Shown here one piece after another: positions 33,642 to 45,954 of a DNA stretch of 64,000 nucleotides; the first letter of the stretch is position 1, and each line of letters opens with the position of its first letter. The stretch lies in NCBI GenBank assembly GCA_964187785.1, contig OZ076409.1, positions 95,420,001-95,484,000 on the forward strand. The letters run 5' to 3'. Under the pieces are notes generated by a model. The model was given only the letters and a program-made list of their open reading frames with translations. It ran no database searches and was not told the DNA's origin. Origin of the DNA: Amphiscolops sp. MND2022. Its lineage: Eukaryota. Position numbers and translations under genes: made by a program.

Positions 33642-34160
33642 TTAATATCTTCCTTCTATTGAGTATTCGAATATCACATGATTCAACTTCCCGAAACTTT
33701 GCAAATATGCTTTCAGTTTTTTCTGGTTCAATTTATCGACCGAAGTCGTGAACTCTATGTCCAAAGTACAACTCGACATTCGGTGTTCACACGAGACGTT
33801 GTAGACTCGGAACCAATCACGAATCACCGTTCGCCACTTATCTTCAGTTCGCTTCACTTCCGAATCCTTCCATTGGCTCGTTTCAACCTCGGTCTTCAGA
33901 TAGTTTTGCACATAGCGTTCCAAACCCCGTTTTTTGCAGCTACAACCCGGGTCTTGGATCCAAGCTTTGATTTTAAACTGGCTAAACTTCGGCTCCTCTA
34001 TTCGGTAGATTTCTGGTTCTTTTGGAGATCTCTGGGATGGTCTGTATTGGAATTCGCCAGTTGTACTCACATTTGGGGGTCTAATAATTTTGGCAAATTG
34101 GTTTTCTTCCAGTTTAGGAGGCTTGGCGTTCGGGTTTTTCATCAGTGCCTGTTGGCTCAT
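33642..34160 (-). CDS. Uncharacterised 172-aa protein
   Basis: ATG-initiated ORF in non-repetitive sequence with protein-like composition. The C-terminal half has a CSC motif and an alternating strand/helix pattern. Confidence 0.5.
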   Translation of the reverse strand: MSQQALMKNPNAKPPKLEENQFAKIIRPPNVSTTGEFQYRPSQRSPKEPEIYRIEEPKFSQFKIKAWIQDPGCSCKKRGLERYVQNYLKTEVETSQWKDSEVKRTEDKWRTVIRDWFRVYNVSCEHRMSSCTLDIEFTTSVDKLNQKKLKAYLQSFGKLNHVIFEYSIEGRY

Positions 34161-34280
34161 GTTACTTCATACTATTGACTTCCTTTTTTTCGTCTTAGTT
34201 TAAAACCTTTCACATCCATGAAAGTCGAAGAAAGGAGTATCAAAGTTTTAAAACTTTCACACATGCCATTCCACAATACG

Positions 34281-34470
34281 AACAAGACGGGAACGTCTAA
34301 AGTCGGCGCTATATCTAAGCCTCAAAAAATGCAAAGTTTTCAAAATTGTAAAAGAGGGACCCTTTGGGTTTTTTGAAAATCCAGTTTGTCGCAAAATATC
34401 AAAAAAATGAAGGGGCACCCTTTGGAGCCATTAGGAAATTTTTTGAAAAAGTCTCACAAAGCCAAAAAGG
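34281..34470 (-). mobile_element. HINE-like fragment
   Basis: AACAAGACGGGAACGTCTAAAGTCGGCGCTATATC end plus a partial core. Confidence 0.6.
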
Positions 34471-35072
34471 GGCCGGAAAATATGGCAATGTTGGCAAGCA
34501 TTCGAAATTTTCATACTTCAAATCTTTTGAATTCGGCTGATCCATATGGCCATTTGTATTTTGCCTTTACTGAAGCTTTGAATTCGCAAGTTTGAACTCA
34601 TCTACAATTTTAAAGCAACACAAATTGTTTGGTTTTGAGTTTTTAATGTCAGTACTTCGAATAAAACTCGATGCCCTGTAACAAATCTAAAATTAAGATT
34701 ACCATAAATTTCGTCGTCGGTAATTACGTCCAATAAAACGCTGCTAAGATGAGAGTTTTCTCATCTTACTCACAGAAAATCCCTTGTCACAAATTTTTAA
34801 ACACTAGTCGAACATGTAAAGTTTGTTTTGTAATTGGTTTTTGTAGTTCAGAAAAAAATCCCGTCGCTCAATAAGCGTCTTGATGAGTCGATTGAATGCT
34901 ATTAACTTTTTGACTGAATTTTGTTGTGAAAATCAAACTGGTTTTCAAAATGCTATTTTGATAATTAAATAACTCAATAATTAAAATGATATATTTTCGT
35001 GAACGCAGTTAATTCTAATCACCACCACGAAATTTCTGACGACGAAATTTCGGGTGACAAAATTTCTGCCTC

Positions 35073-35393
35073 TCAAAATAAAATGTATCCAGGAACTAAG
35101 TAACATGGCCCTGCCTTTTTATACAGATAATATTCTCTCCCCAACTTCAGATTATCCGCATCTTCCTCCAAACTTTGGTACCCGTCTGAATCGTCCCCCT
35201 CCCGGTCGTAAGAGGTTCTCCTAAGGGGAGCGTCATGTAAGAGATCGGCTAACCCGAAGTCTCCCGTTTTGTAAGAATAGTAATTTCTGTTTCTGCCGTT
35301 TTCCGTGATTGGTCTTCTCCCACCATTTTGGCTTCTGTCTTCTTCGAAAACATTGTCCGAAAAATCTTCGCTGTCGTTCCGCGATTGCCTCAT
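35073..35393 (-). CDS. Possible coding exon or small acidic protein of unknown function
   Basis: GC-richer, D/E/S/R-rich ORF in AT-rich surroundings. It could be an N-terminal exon of a neighbouring minus-strand gene. Confidence 0.35.
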   Translation of the reverse strand: MRQSRNDSEDFSDNVFEEDRSQNGGRRPITENGRNRNYYSYKTGDFGLADLLHDAPLRRTSYDREGDDSDGYQSLEEDADNLKLGREYYLYKKAGPCYLVPGYILF

Positions 35394-35665
35394 TTTGTTT
35401 GAAGCACTGGAACCATAGACCAATTTGAACGTGACTTAGAAGTGTTTTATATCCTTAGGTCAGAATACAACAATACTTACATCAGGGTACGGAAAACAAA
35501 ACACGAGGAAATTCAACACCGAAAACTCAACAAACTTTTTCACTTCGTATTGCTTCAGTTCAAAAGTGAAAAATTACTCAGTATGTCTCATTCAATTCAC
35601 TTGTTTGCGACTTTGGAATATTTATGTTCACACTTGGTTATACCAATGCCTCATTTAAATATATA

Positions 35666-37094
35666 CAGGGTGTTTTCATAAATATGGAAAAACTGAAAAG
35701 ACAATAACGAGAAAATGGATTTTAACACAAGGGCAATGTTTAACATTGGGCGAACAGAGAGTTGGAAATTTGTTTTTAGGTTAGCTTAGGACGTCCTGGA
35801 AATGCCCACCTTCAGCCTGTTTGCAGAATTCCAATCTTCCGTTAATCGAGCGAATACCGCTTAGAATGTCTTCCTTTTTCAAAACGGCACAGAATCTCTC
35901 AATGACATCCATATGCTGGTCTAAGCTTTGTGGGGACTCTCTCTCTCTCTCTCTCTTTCTCTTCTCTCTCTCTCTCTCCACAAAGCTCAACCCATGGCCC
36001 CAGAAAAAGTAGTTTAGAGGATACAGGTCCGGATTTTGAGGGGCCCAAACCACGGGACTTTTCAAGCTAATCACTCTTCCATCGAAACTCCCCATGAGCC
36101 AATCAATAACGTTATTGGTTGTGTGACACGTAGCCCCATCCTGAATGAACCAAATATGCCTCAAATTACGCCAGATTTAGCCAGCATAACCAGATTTTTG
36201 TGTGCAGCATAGCCAGGTAAACATCTTGGTTTAGATTTGTAAACCGTTCATTTTGATCAATAACCCAAAATGGGCCAATAACTTCGCCACCACGTAACCC
36301 ACACCAGGCGTCACCTTCTGCTTCCCAGTGTAACGGCTCTCTTCATATTCCGACTGTTTGACAGTGGCCCAGATGCGAGAATTTTTTATTGCTCTCAGGT
36401 TGCAGAACTCACAATTTTTCGTCCGAAAAAGAAACATTTTCACAAAATTGTGGTCCAAATTCTCTAAACCAAAAGGTAAATGTCAGCCGGAATTCATAAA
36501 TTCTCGGCGCGATCTTGTGGACTTTCATTGTGTTGTATCATTATTTTTGAATTTTCGCAAAACTTTCAAACTGATAAAGCAACTGAAGATCAGAGCTTTT
36601 GAAGCCTTTTTGATTGATGTGAGTGGATTTGCCTCAAAATACTGTACACTTTTGTCCTCAGTTTCATTGCAAATGAGTTTTTTGGTCTCCCGGGTGTTGT
36701 AATAGACAATGGGTAAACAGAAACTTTTGCCAAATTCGCAAGAAATCTTTAGGTTGATAGAGGGTTGAAAACCGACCTTTATATCCGTATTCTGTACAAA
36801 AATAACGTTTGAAAGCTGTAGGAGATTCGACTCTGAACTATTGAAGAATGATGAATCCAATTTGTTCATTGGAGAACGCTGCTTTAACCCTCATTGTAAC
36901 TGCAAGTGTGCAGTTTTGAAAGATATAAAAAACTGGAAGCTGTGGACAGTTGAAGAGTTACTTCCAATTTGCAAAAACGCAGCGTAAAATTTATATATGA
37001 TGTTGATATTTTCTTAAGATTTCGCATGATTTTGATGCTTGGTTTACGAGATATTATCGATTTACTTTTTCAATATTTTTGAAAACACCCCCTG
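35666..37094 (-). mobile_element. Decayed Tc1/mariner element with DD41D (rosa/VS-type) spacing
   Basis: TA-flanked TIRs CAGGGTGTTTTCA... Transposase remnant WFIQDGATCHT...WAPQNPDLYPLNYFFWG has 41 residues between the second D and the third position (D>N). Frameshifts and an internal (CT)n tract. Confidence 0.85.
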
Positions 37095-37564
37095 TACTTC
37101 ATTTACCGAAAACAATACTATTCTATTTCTCACATTGACTCAATAACTATCAACTCATTCTTAAACCATTGTGCACAACTTTCGTGAAAAGTAAAACAAA
37201 TACTTATACAAGAAGTCACAGAGAACTTTGATGTAAATGTGTGGAACGTTCTCTTGTTGAATTTTCTTGTGTTGAGTTTTCTGGTAACCCTGTACATCTT
37301 ATGGCTGATAGCCCCTCTATACCAACTTGAAAGAATTCGCCCCATTCTTCCACACAAAGCTTCAATTTCAGGATTTCTACAAATTGCGATCCAATGGAAA
37401 CCAAAAACGGTTTGTACAGGGTCTAATACAAACTTAAAATACTTTTTCAGTTCGTTAAGTATATACTCTTAATTGAACGAAAAGTCGAGCGTTTCGAAAG
37501 CAAAAGGAGCGTTCCAGTCAATCTCTGTCATCCTTCAGAAGAAGCTTTGATTCTCTCAGCATTA

Positions 37565-37923
37565 CACTCACGTTTTTATAAGCAACACGTTATAAGCAAC
37601 GTAGGCTACAAATGCTCAAAAATTAAACATTTTCCAAGCAATCCTGTAGGCGAGAAAAACTTCTGTGTCTTTTTTATTATAATTTATTGAGGAATGAAGA
37701 ATCAAAACTCTACTAGAACCCTTCAAAAAAATGAACTTCAGCGTCGACAAAAATATGTGCTCTGGTTATTGAACATACTTGTAACACCGGAGGTCAGGAT
37801 TTCGAGTCCCAGACAGATCGCCATTTTTAAGCAATTCCTAAGCAACTTTTTGCCTAAAATCCTGATTTTGCTAAGCATTTTTGCCTACGGCCAGATTCTC
37901 TGTGCTCATATATAAATTGAGTG
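37565..37923. mobile_element. TA-flanked MITE (second copy at 39833-40188)
   Basis: TA-CACTCA...TGAGTG-TA with imperfect TIRs of about 22 bp. Confidence 0.55.
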
Positions 37924-40556
37924 TAGTCGTCACACTTGAGCGTATATCGTTTGAGAACAAGGTTCCGAAGAGAATTCAGACACCTGCAGTTCCGAAGATT
38001 TCGAGTTTTCATTTTAGACTCATACATGTTTTCACGCTCAACAGTCCTTGAGAATGATTTAGTTGATTTTAAAAATCAAATTGAGATCGAGGTCTCAGCA
38101 AAAGTCATTGAGAATCCTGAAAATTCATTCATTTTTAGATCTTCTTCGTAAACATTCAAACAAAAAGTTCTAAAAGATACACAAACAGGTCAAAGAACCC
38201 TTGATTGCTAAACATTTTCAGAGGAAAATTAAAAACTACAACAAAGAAATTGTTTGTATGAAAACTTTTGGGTTTTCGGCACTGTGCGTTTTTTAAAGTC
38301 ACCGAAGCCTCCTTATTTGTTTTTTGGAAACTTCTATCCAACGAGCCTAAATTTTGTCCAAAGGATGTTTTTTGAATTTTTGTGGTGTTTTTGATGTTTT
38401 TGGTGAGTTTATAGAATATAGCAACTTTTTCAAAGAAGCAACCTTTGACATATTCTGGAGACACTATGCTTTTTGAGCCTTGAGTAGTGCTGAGACTATA
38501 CAGTAGTGATATTTCTAAAAGCAACAAAAGGCAAATCTCAAAACCCAATTTCTGTAAAACAACAGCGATTTTTGAGAAACAATAAAAGTGAAAGTTTCTT
38601 AGATTTTCGTCCAGTTTACAAATATGTTTATTTGAAGATTATGCGATGAAAATTGTAGAAGTTACGATAGGCCATTTTTGATAAAATTTAGGTCAAAATT
38701 GAGGTTTTTCTCACTTTTGATCTACTTTTGCTCAAAGTGTTTGAAATATTTTTTGTTCAATTGACCCCTAGTTTAATTGAAGCCCCTGATATGTTTTGAT
38801 TTAGAAATCATCTTAAAATCGTATGAAAAATGAGCTGTAAAATTAGACTTTTTCGAAAATACGTGTATTAAGATATGATTTTGAAGTTTAACAACTCAAA
38901 ACAAGCCCATACTGTGTGGATTTGCCTCAAAATACTGTACACTTTTGTCCTCAGTTTCATTGCAAATGAGTTTTTTGGTCTCCCGGGTGTTGTAATAGAC
39001 AATCGGTATACAGAAACTTTTGCCAAATTCGCAAGAAATCTTTAGGTTGATAGAGGGTTGAAACCCGACCTTCATATCCGTATTCTGTACAAAAATTACG
39101 TTTGAAAGCTGTAGGAGATTCGACTCTGAACTATTGAAGAATGATGAATCCATTTTGTTCATTGGAGAACGCTGCTTTAACCCTCATTGTAACTGCAAGT
39201 GTGCAGTTTTGAAAAATATAAAAAACTGGAAGCGGTGGACAGTTGAAGAGTTACTTCCAATTTGCAAAAACGCAGCGTGAAATTTATATATGATGTTGAT
39301 ATTTTCTTAAGATTTCGCATCATTTTGATGCTTGGTTTACGAGATATTATCGATTTACTTTTTCAATATTTTTGAAAACACCCCCTGTACTTCATTTACC
39401 GAAAACAATACTATTCTATTTCTCACATTGACTCAATAACTATCAACTCATTCTTAAACCATTGTGCACAACTTTCGTGAAAAGTAAAACAAATACTTAT
39501 ACAAGAAGTCACAGAGAACTTTGATGTAAATGTGTGGAACGTTCTCTTGTTGAATTTTCTTGTGTTGAGTTTTCTGGTAACCCTGTACATCTTATGGCTG
39601 ATAGCCCCTCTATACCAACTTGAAAGAATTCGCCCCATTCTTCCACACAAAGCTTCAATTTCAGGATTTCTACAAATTGCGATCCAATGGAAACCAAAAA
39701 CGGTTTGTACAGGGCCTAATACAAACTTAAAATACTTTTTCAGTTCGTTAAGAATATACTCTTAATTGAAAGAAAGGTCGAGCGTTTCGAAAGCAAAAGC
39801 CTTCGGAAGAAGCTTTGATTCTCTCAGCATTACACTCACGTTGTTATAAGCAACACGTTATAAGCAACGTAGGCTACAAATGCTCAAAAATTAAACAATT
39901 TCCAAGCAATCCTGTAGGCGAGAAAAACTTTTGTCTTTTTTATTATAATTTATTGAGGAATGAAGAATCAAAACTCTACTAGAACCCTTCAAAAAATGAA
40001 CTTCAACGTCGACAAAAATATGTGCTCTGGTTATTGAACATACTTGTAACACCGGAGGTCAGGATTTCGAGTCCCAGACAGATCGCCATTTTTAAGCAAT
40101 TCCTAAGCAACTTTTTGCCTAAAATCCTGATTTTGCTAAGCATTTTTGCCTACGGCCAGTTTCTCTGTGCTCATATATAAATTGAGTGTAGTCGTCACAC
40201 TTGAGCGTATATCGTTTGAGAACAAGGTTCCGAAGAGAATTCAGACACCTGCAGTTCCGAAGATTTCGAGTTTTCATTTTAGACTCATACATGTTTTCAC
40301 GCTCAACAGTCCTTGAGAATGATTTAGTTGATTTTAAAAATCAAATTGAGATCGAGGTCTCAGCAAAAGTCATTGAGAATCCTGAAAATTCATTCATTTT
40401 TAGATCTTCTTCGTAAACATTCAAACAAAAATTTCTAAAAGATACACAAACAGGTCAAAGAACCCTTGATTGCTAAACATTTTCAGAGGAAAATTAAAAA
40501 CTACAATAAATAAATTGTTTGTATGAAAACTTTTGGGTTTTCGGCACTGTGCGTTT

Positions 40557-40916
40557 TTAGTCGGCGCCTTTTCCCTTAAGGAAAAAAGCCCGACTCTTAC
40601 AGTGAGTAGTTTTTTTTTGTTTTTTTTTCAGTTGACAATCTCACTCTGAGTGGTCCACTTTTCTTACAATTCTGCAATTCTGCGCAGAAGGCAAACTTTA
40701 CTCCAAAGGGTCCCCCTTTCAGTTTTTACTTTTTCAAGGAAACATACACAACCGGACGTGCCCAAAGGGTCCCCCCTTTGGATTTTTTTCGGCACTATGC
40801 GAATTTTTTTGAAAGAAATTTTTTTTTCAAAAATTCATGTTTTTTTCCAAAAAAAAATTTTTTTGCACTTTTTGAACCTTAGATATGGCGCCGACTTTGG
40901 ACGTTCTCGTCTTGTT
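40557..40916 (+). mobile_element. Complete short HINE-like element with a paralogous empty site
   Basis: TTAGTCGGCGC...GCGCCGACTTTGGACGTTCTCGTCTTGTT is inserted in a T-run and is absent at 38289-38294. Confidence 0.85.
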
Positions 40917-41866
40917 TAAAGTCACCGAAGCCTCCTTATTTGTTTTTTGGAAACTTCTATCCAACGAGCCTAAATTTTGTTAAAGGATGTTTTTTGAATT
41001 TTTGTGGTGTTTTTGATGTTTTTGGTGAGTTTATAGAATATAGCAACTTTTTCAAAGAAGCAACCTTTGACATATTCTGGAGACACTATGCTTTTTGAGC
41101 CTTGAGTAGTGCTGAGACTATACAGTAGTGATATGTCTAAAAGCAACAAAAGGCAAATCTCAAAATCCAATTTCTGTAAAACAACAGCGATTTTTGAGAA
41201 ACAATAAAAGTGAAAGTTTCTTAGATTTTCGTCTAGTTTACAAATATGTTTATTTGAAGATTATGCGATGAAAATTGTAGAAGTTACGATAGGCCATTTT
41301 TGATAAAATTTAGGTCAAAATTGAGGTTTTTCTCACTTTTGATCTACTTTTGCTCAAAGTGTTTGAAATATTTTTTGTTCAATTGACCCCTAGTTTAATT
41401 GAAGCCCCTGATATGTTTTGATTTAGAAATCATCTTAAAATCGTAGGAAAAATGAGCTGTAAAATTAGACTTTTTCAAAAATACGTGTATTAAGATATGA
41501 TTTTGAAGTTTAACAACTTAAAACAAGCCCATACTAATGCAATTTAGAATATTTTCGAGAAAAAAAATACATTGTCAGATTCGAAATGTTCGGGGGAATT
41601 TTTTCATCTAAATTATTTTGAAATCAAAAAGTTGTAAGTGGGTCAAAAATTCTGTTGGTCACTAAAAGTCAAAAAGTGTGGGTCAAAAAGTGGGTCACTA
41701 AATGATGTTTGGGAAATCGCTCTCGACCAATGAAATGAGCGCGTGAGACCTTGATCGGCCAATGATATTTGTTTATTTGCTTTCGTGCTAATGTTGCTTC
41801 TTCTAGAATCACTACTGTATACGTTCTCGACGTGTTCCCTAATTGCCAAAAATTGGTCTATTACTC

Positions 41867-43131
41867 CTAGTACCTTTGTCTCCCACTTTCGGGTCTTTTT
41901 TTGTCCCTTCTTGTCAGAGGTCTTTCCATGCTGAAACTCCGAAAAACTTGCGTTTTCAAGAAATTTTCCAAGTCCGGCAACTGGTAAAATCTGGCTTCTT
42001 CGATCAAGTTCCTATACTCTTCAACTCCAAAATCTGGCAAATGATTTGTTTCCAAAAACTGCACGATTCGCTGGAAGAGTTCTGGGTCCCGATTCCGGAA
42101 AATGTCAGTCTCCACCTGGGTCGTACAAGGAAGTGATGCTTCTTTGAGGAAGTAATGAAACTTGCTCCCAGTAGCCTCGTTTTCCAGTAAATCTACGGGA
42201 AGGTCTAAAATTATCAAGCAATGCAAAAACTTGGAACAAGAGTTGTTTTGATTTTTAGGTTGTGACTTTTCGGTTTTGGTACATTTTGTTTGTCTCAAAC
42301 GAAAGCTTTGAGTTTTTGAATTTGTCATGAAAGTTTTCGACTGCTTTCTGAATCCTTAAAAACTTATTTTGAGGGTAATTTGAGTTTATCAGCAAAAAAG
42401 TTGATGTATTTTTTACAAACTGGACGGGAACGTCTAAAGTCGGCGCTATATCTAAGGCTCAAAAAACTAAAGTTTTTGAAATTTTAAGCGCGGGGGGATC
42501 TTTGGGTTTTTCGAAAATCCAGTTTGCTGCAAAAGATCAAAAAAATTGAAGGGGGACCCTTTGGAGACATTAAAAAGTTCTCGGAAAAAAAAACGAAAAA
42601 TGAGAATTTTCAAACAGTCTCATCGCGCCGAAAAATGTAAAAGGGGCCCCTTTGGGATTTAGTAACATACATTTTGTTGCAAAATATCAAAAAACCATTT
42701 TGAGATATTAAAAAATTTTCGAAGAAAGTCGCACAGTACCGAAAAAATTAAAAGGGGACCCTTTAGTATCGCCGGACTTGGTCTGAGTACTTTTAGTAGT
42801 TTCTGTAAAAAAGTGGACTTATCAGTGTGAGCTCTGTGGACTGAAGAAAAAAAAGGTCACAGTAAGAGTCGGGCATTTTTCCTTAAAAGGAAAAACCGCC
42901 GATTAAAAATACTGATATTTTTCGAAAAAAGAATATCCTTTTTTTGCTGATAAACTCAAAACACTCTTAAATTTTCCCCGCCAAAATTACCAGACTGAAG
43001 CACCCACCGAATTGTCTATTGCCGACGTTGAAGAGAATTCGTTCTAGTTTCGGGTGACTTGAGCTTTCTGACAGGGTCCTTCGCTTTTGCTGATGGTCCT
43101 CCTGAATGCTAATTCCTGCTCCCTTTCTCAT
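41867..43131 (-). CDS. KCTD-type BTB/POZ (T1) domain protein, two exons
   Basis: Exon 43131-43008 (..RILFNVGNRQF) joins exon 42204-41867 (..RNRDPELFQRIVQFLET..LIEEARFYQL) in phase 1. The product is 153 aa if it ends at 41867. Confidence 0.85.
42417..42909 (-). mobile_element. HINE-like element in the BTB gene intron
   Basis: Both family termini are present. It is flanked by an older inverted repeat GAGTTTATCAGCAAAAAA / TTTTTTGCTGATAAACTC. Confidence 0.7.
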
Positions 43132-45281
43132 CAACACATTCTATGACTCATAATTATCTTCTAATTTTGGGTTTTCTAGATGAGCCAAACTGCTGAGTGT
43201 ATAAACAGGCAAGCTCGGTATCAAAATGAATAGTTTAGTTTGAATTTTAGTAAGGATTCAATTTTTTATTAATTTATTAATTTCTAGATAAATAATTTTA
43301 TGTGAGTTTTGATGCGGCTCTGAAAGTGTGCGCACAGACTATGATTTTATAGCATATAAAACAAGAAAGCAGGTTATGTTTAAAAGCGAAAAAATAGGTG
43401 CATACGTTTTTTTTTCAGCTCAACACGAGAAGCTTAGATTTGACAGAAAGTGAAAGCTTTCAACAATAATGCACAATGAAACTAGATCATGAATTTTCTG
43501 ATTGTTCTGGTTGTGTACTGGTTGGTTGCTGCACTTTAATACTGGCAGAAATTTTACTCTCGATTCAATAGTAGTCATGGTTTATATTTTGATGACTATC
43601 TAATTTTCAAAGTCTCCTGCAAAGTACCTAAGTGTATGATGCGATGTCTCCATAAGACGACAGTTTTTTCATCTCAAGCAAATGGAAAATCATATGAGCA
43701 TTCAATAAACATGTGGTTTCACAACTACAGCCATGGTCTTCAGAAAATTTTTTTCTCAACGTACGACCAAGAATATTTCAAAATGATTGAGGAATCCTAA
43801 AATTGAGAGTTATTAAAATTGATTTAAGATACTTGCGATTTCCCTGGTATCTTGTAACACGACACGCGCTGAGCCTCGGGACATTTTCCAACCCCAAACG
43901 ATTTCTCACAACAAAATAGTCTCGGGGCTCAAAGGTAGCCAATCAACTAAGCGAACTTGCAAAGAAAAGTTGAAAAGAATGAAACGTTTATTTCTCGGTT
44001 CATTTTATACTAAACGTGAACAAATTTCGCCAAGCCAAACAAATTTCGCGTTTGCTTTCTTTCATCTCGTGCGTTTTCTGAAAGTTTTTGAGATGATGCT
44101 CTCTCGAAACCCCCCCTTCAATAAACGAAATTTTAGCGAGCCTTGCGCTGAGCTAAGCACCTTAGCGCCTATGTTTTGTTGTGGAAATGAGTTTTCTTTC
44201 GTTGGAGTTTTCTTTCAAGGAAACTGTTAGTTCATTGCACGACAGGTCTTACCATGTACCTGCGCAAAAGAAAAGCTGCTAGTCTCTTTTTCATTTCGAA
44301 ACGTCCTGGTTTATTCAATGGTATCTGCTTTTCGTAAGTTGATATGTCGTACTATCCTACGTCTGGTGATACGATAATACAAAATCGTGTTACGAGTCGT
44401 GGCATAATCGTGGCTAAGAAAATCTTAGCTCTGGTCGTAGTAAAATTGAACTACCATCACACTTCGAGTCTTCGTCACTGAGATATGTCCGGAAAAAAAG
44501 AATGCATTGATCTACAATAGTAGGAAATCTAAAGTTTCGATGACAAATTTCAAGATAATTGTCAATCGTTTTCAGGTACCACGCACGAATTTTCAACATA
44601 TACAGCATAGCCGTAACTTTTTGGCTGTGTGGATTATAGAATCTAGCTGATTTTCAGTAACACTTACGATTTTGTCCGTGATTTTATGCAACTGTAATCA
44701 CGTCTTCCTTTAATTAACGATTCCGAATTCTGATTCTAGAGTCTACAATGCCTCTGATCGAAAGGATAATTTATTCACGTGAAATTGGAAACTGAGTGGA
44801 AATCATTTTATTCCCAGTGACCTTGAAATACTTGTGAAATAGGATTCTGAAATATGTAAAATAGGCTTAAAGTGGATTGAAACGCGAATTAGCGGCTGTG
44901 TCAAGTGCGTAATTGATAACAAATAGGATAATCAGGTAAGCTTTTGAGCCATTATTGCGCCCAACAAGCTCTAAGTCTTTTCTTATTCCACCTTTCGTCC
45001 CATCACAGCAAACTTTCGGGAACCGCCCAAAACGTTTTCGTGCTGAAAATTGAAGAGATAATTTAAGATTTTGTTTGAATTCAACTCATTCGGTAGCCCA
45101 TGATATAAATCTCCACTTTCCAAATGTGAATACCGAAAATCTTGTCTTGAAAGTTCTGTGGATTAAAAGCGTAGTTTTATTTTGAGCCTTCTTACAAGTT
45201 TCAGTTGCAGCAGAAGGCTTCGTCAAAAGGAAACGGAGTGAAACTACGAAATTTCCAGATTACCTTGCCACGGGTCAGACT

Positions 45282-45954
45282 AAACAAGCCGGGAACGACC
45301 CAAGTCGGCGACCCCATTAGGCTCATTAAGAGCCAGTCTTTCAAAAACGAACCTAATCAGGCTTCCTTTCAAACTCGAAAAACACTTTTCTTCAACTGGA
45401 AACATGGGAAAACCCCAATTTTTGAAAAAAAATGCACTGTGGCAAAAAAACTCATAGGGGTTTCTGATTCGGTGCAAAAAAACTCATCGGTGCTATATCT
45501 AAGGCTCAAAAAGCGCAGTTTTTGAAATATGCGTAGGACGTTTTTCACGAAAAACTCCTGTTTTCGAACCTCCGCCTCCTCCTTACTAAAACGCAATAGA
45601 TCGGGTATAACGTCAAAAGTTCGGATATAGCGCGCAACTCCGGATATTACGAGGGGGAACTTCAATGAAATCGAAGGGAGACCCTTTGAAGACAACAAAC
45701 TCCAAAAAATGTCTCACAGCGCCGAAAAAACTTGAAAAGGGGGCCCTTTATTCTCCTCCCTCCGGTTTTGTATGTTATGTTTGAAAAGTAAACGATGAAA
45801 GGGCGGAACCTTTGCAATAACTTAGATACCTTTCTCAGGTATTTGTTTATTTGAGCAAACTGAACAAAAAGTTGGTCGCATTCGAGTCTGTCTTGAACAA
45901 AAACGAGTTACTGTAATAGTCGGGCTCTTTTGTCATATAAAAGCCCCGACTAAA
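45282..45954 (-). mobile_element. HINE-like element
   Basis: AAACAAGCCGGGAACGACCCAAGTCGGCG ... TAGTCGGGC..CCCGACTAAA. Confidence 0.7.

Larger units (their letters stand above)
36621..41535. repeat. Tandem segmental duplication, 2 copies (36621-38913 and 38914-41535)
   Basis: Matching ORFs are offset by 2293 bp. Copy 2 has an extra HINE insertion and a small deletion. Confidence 0.92.
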
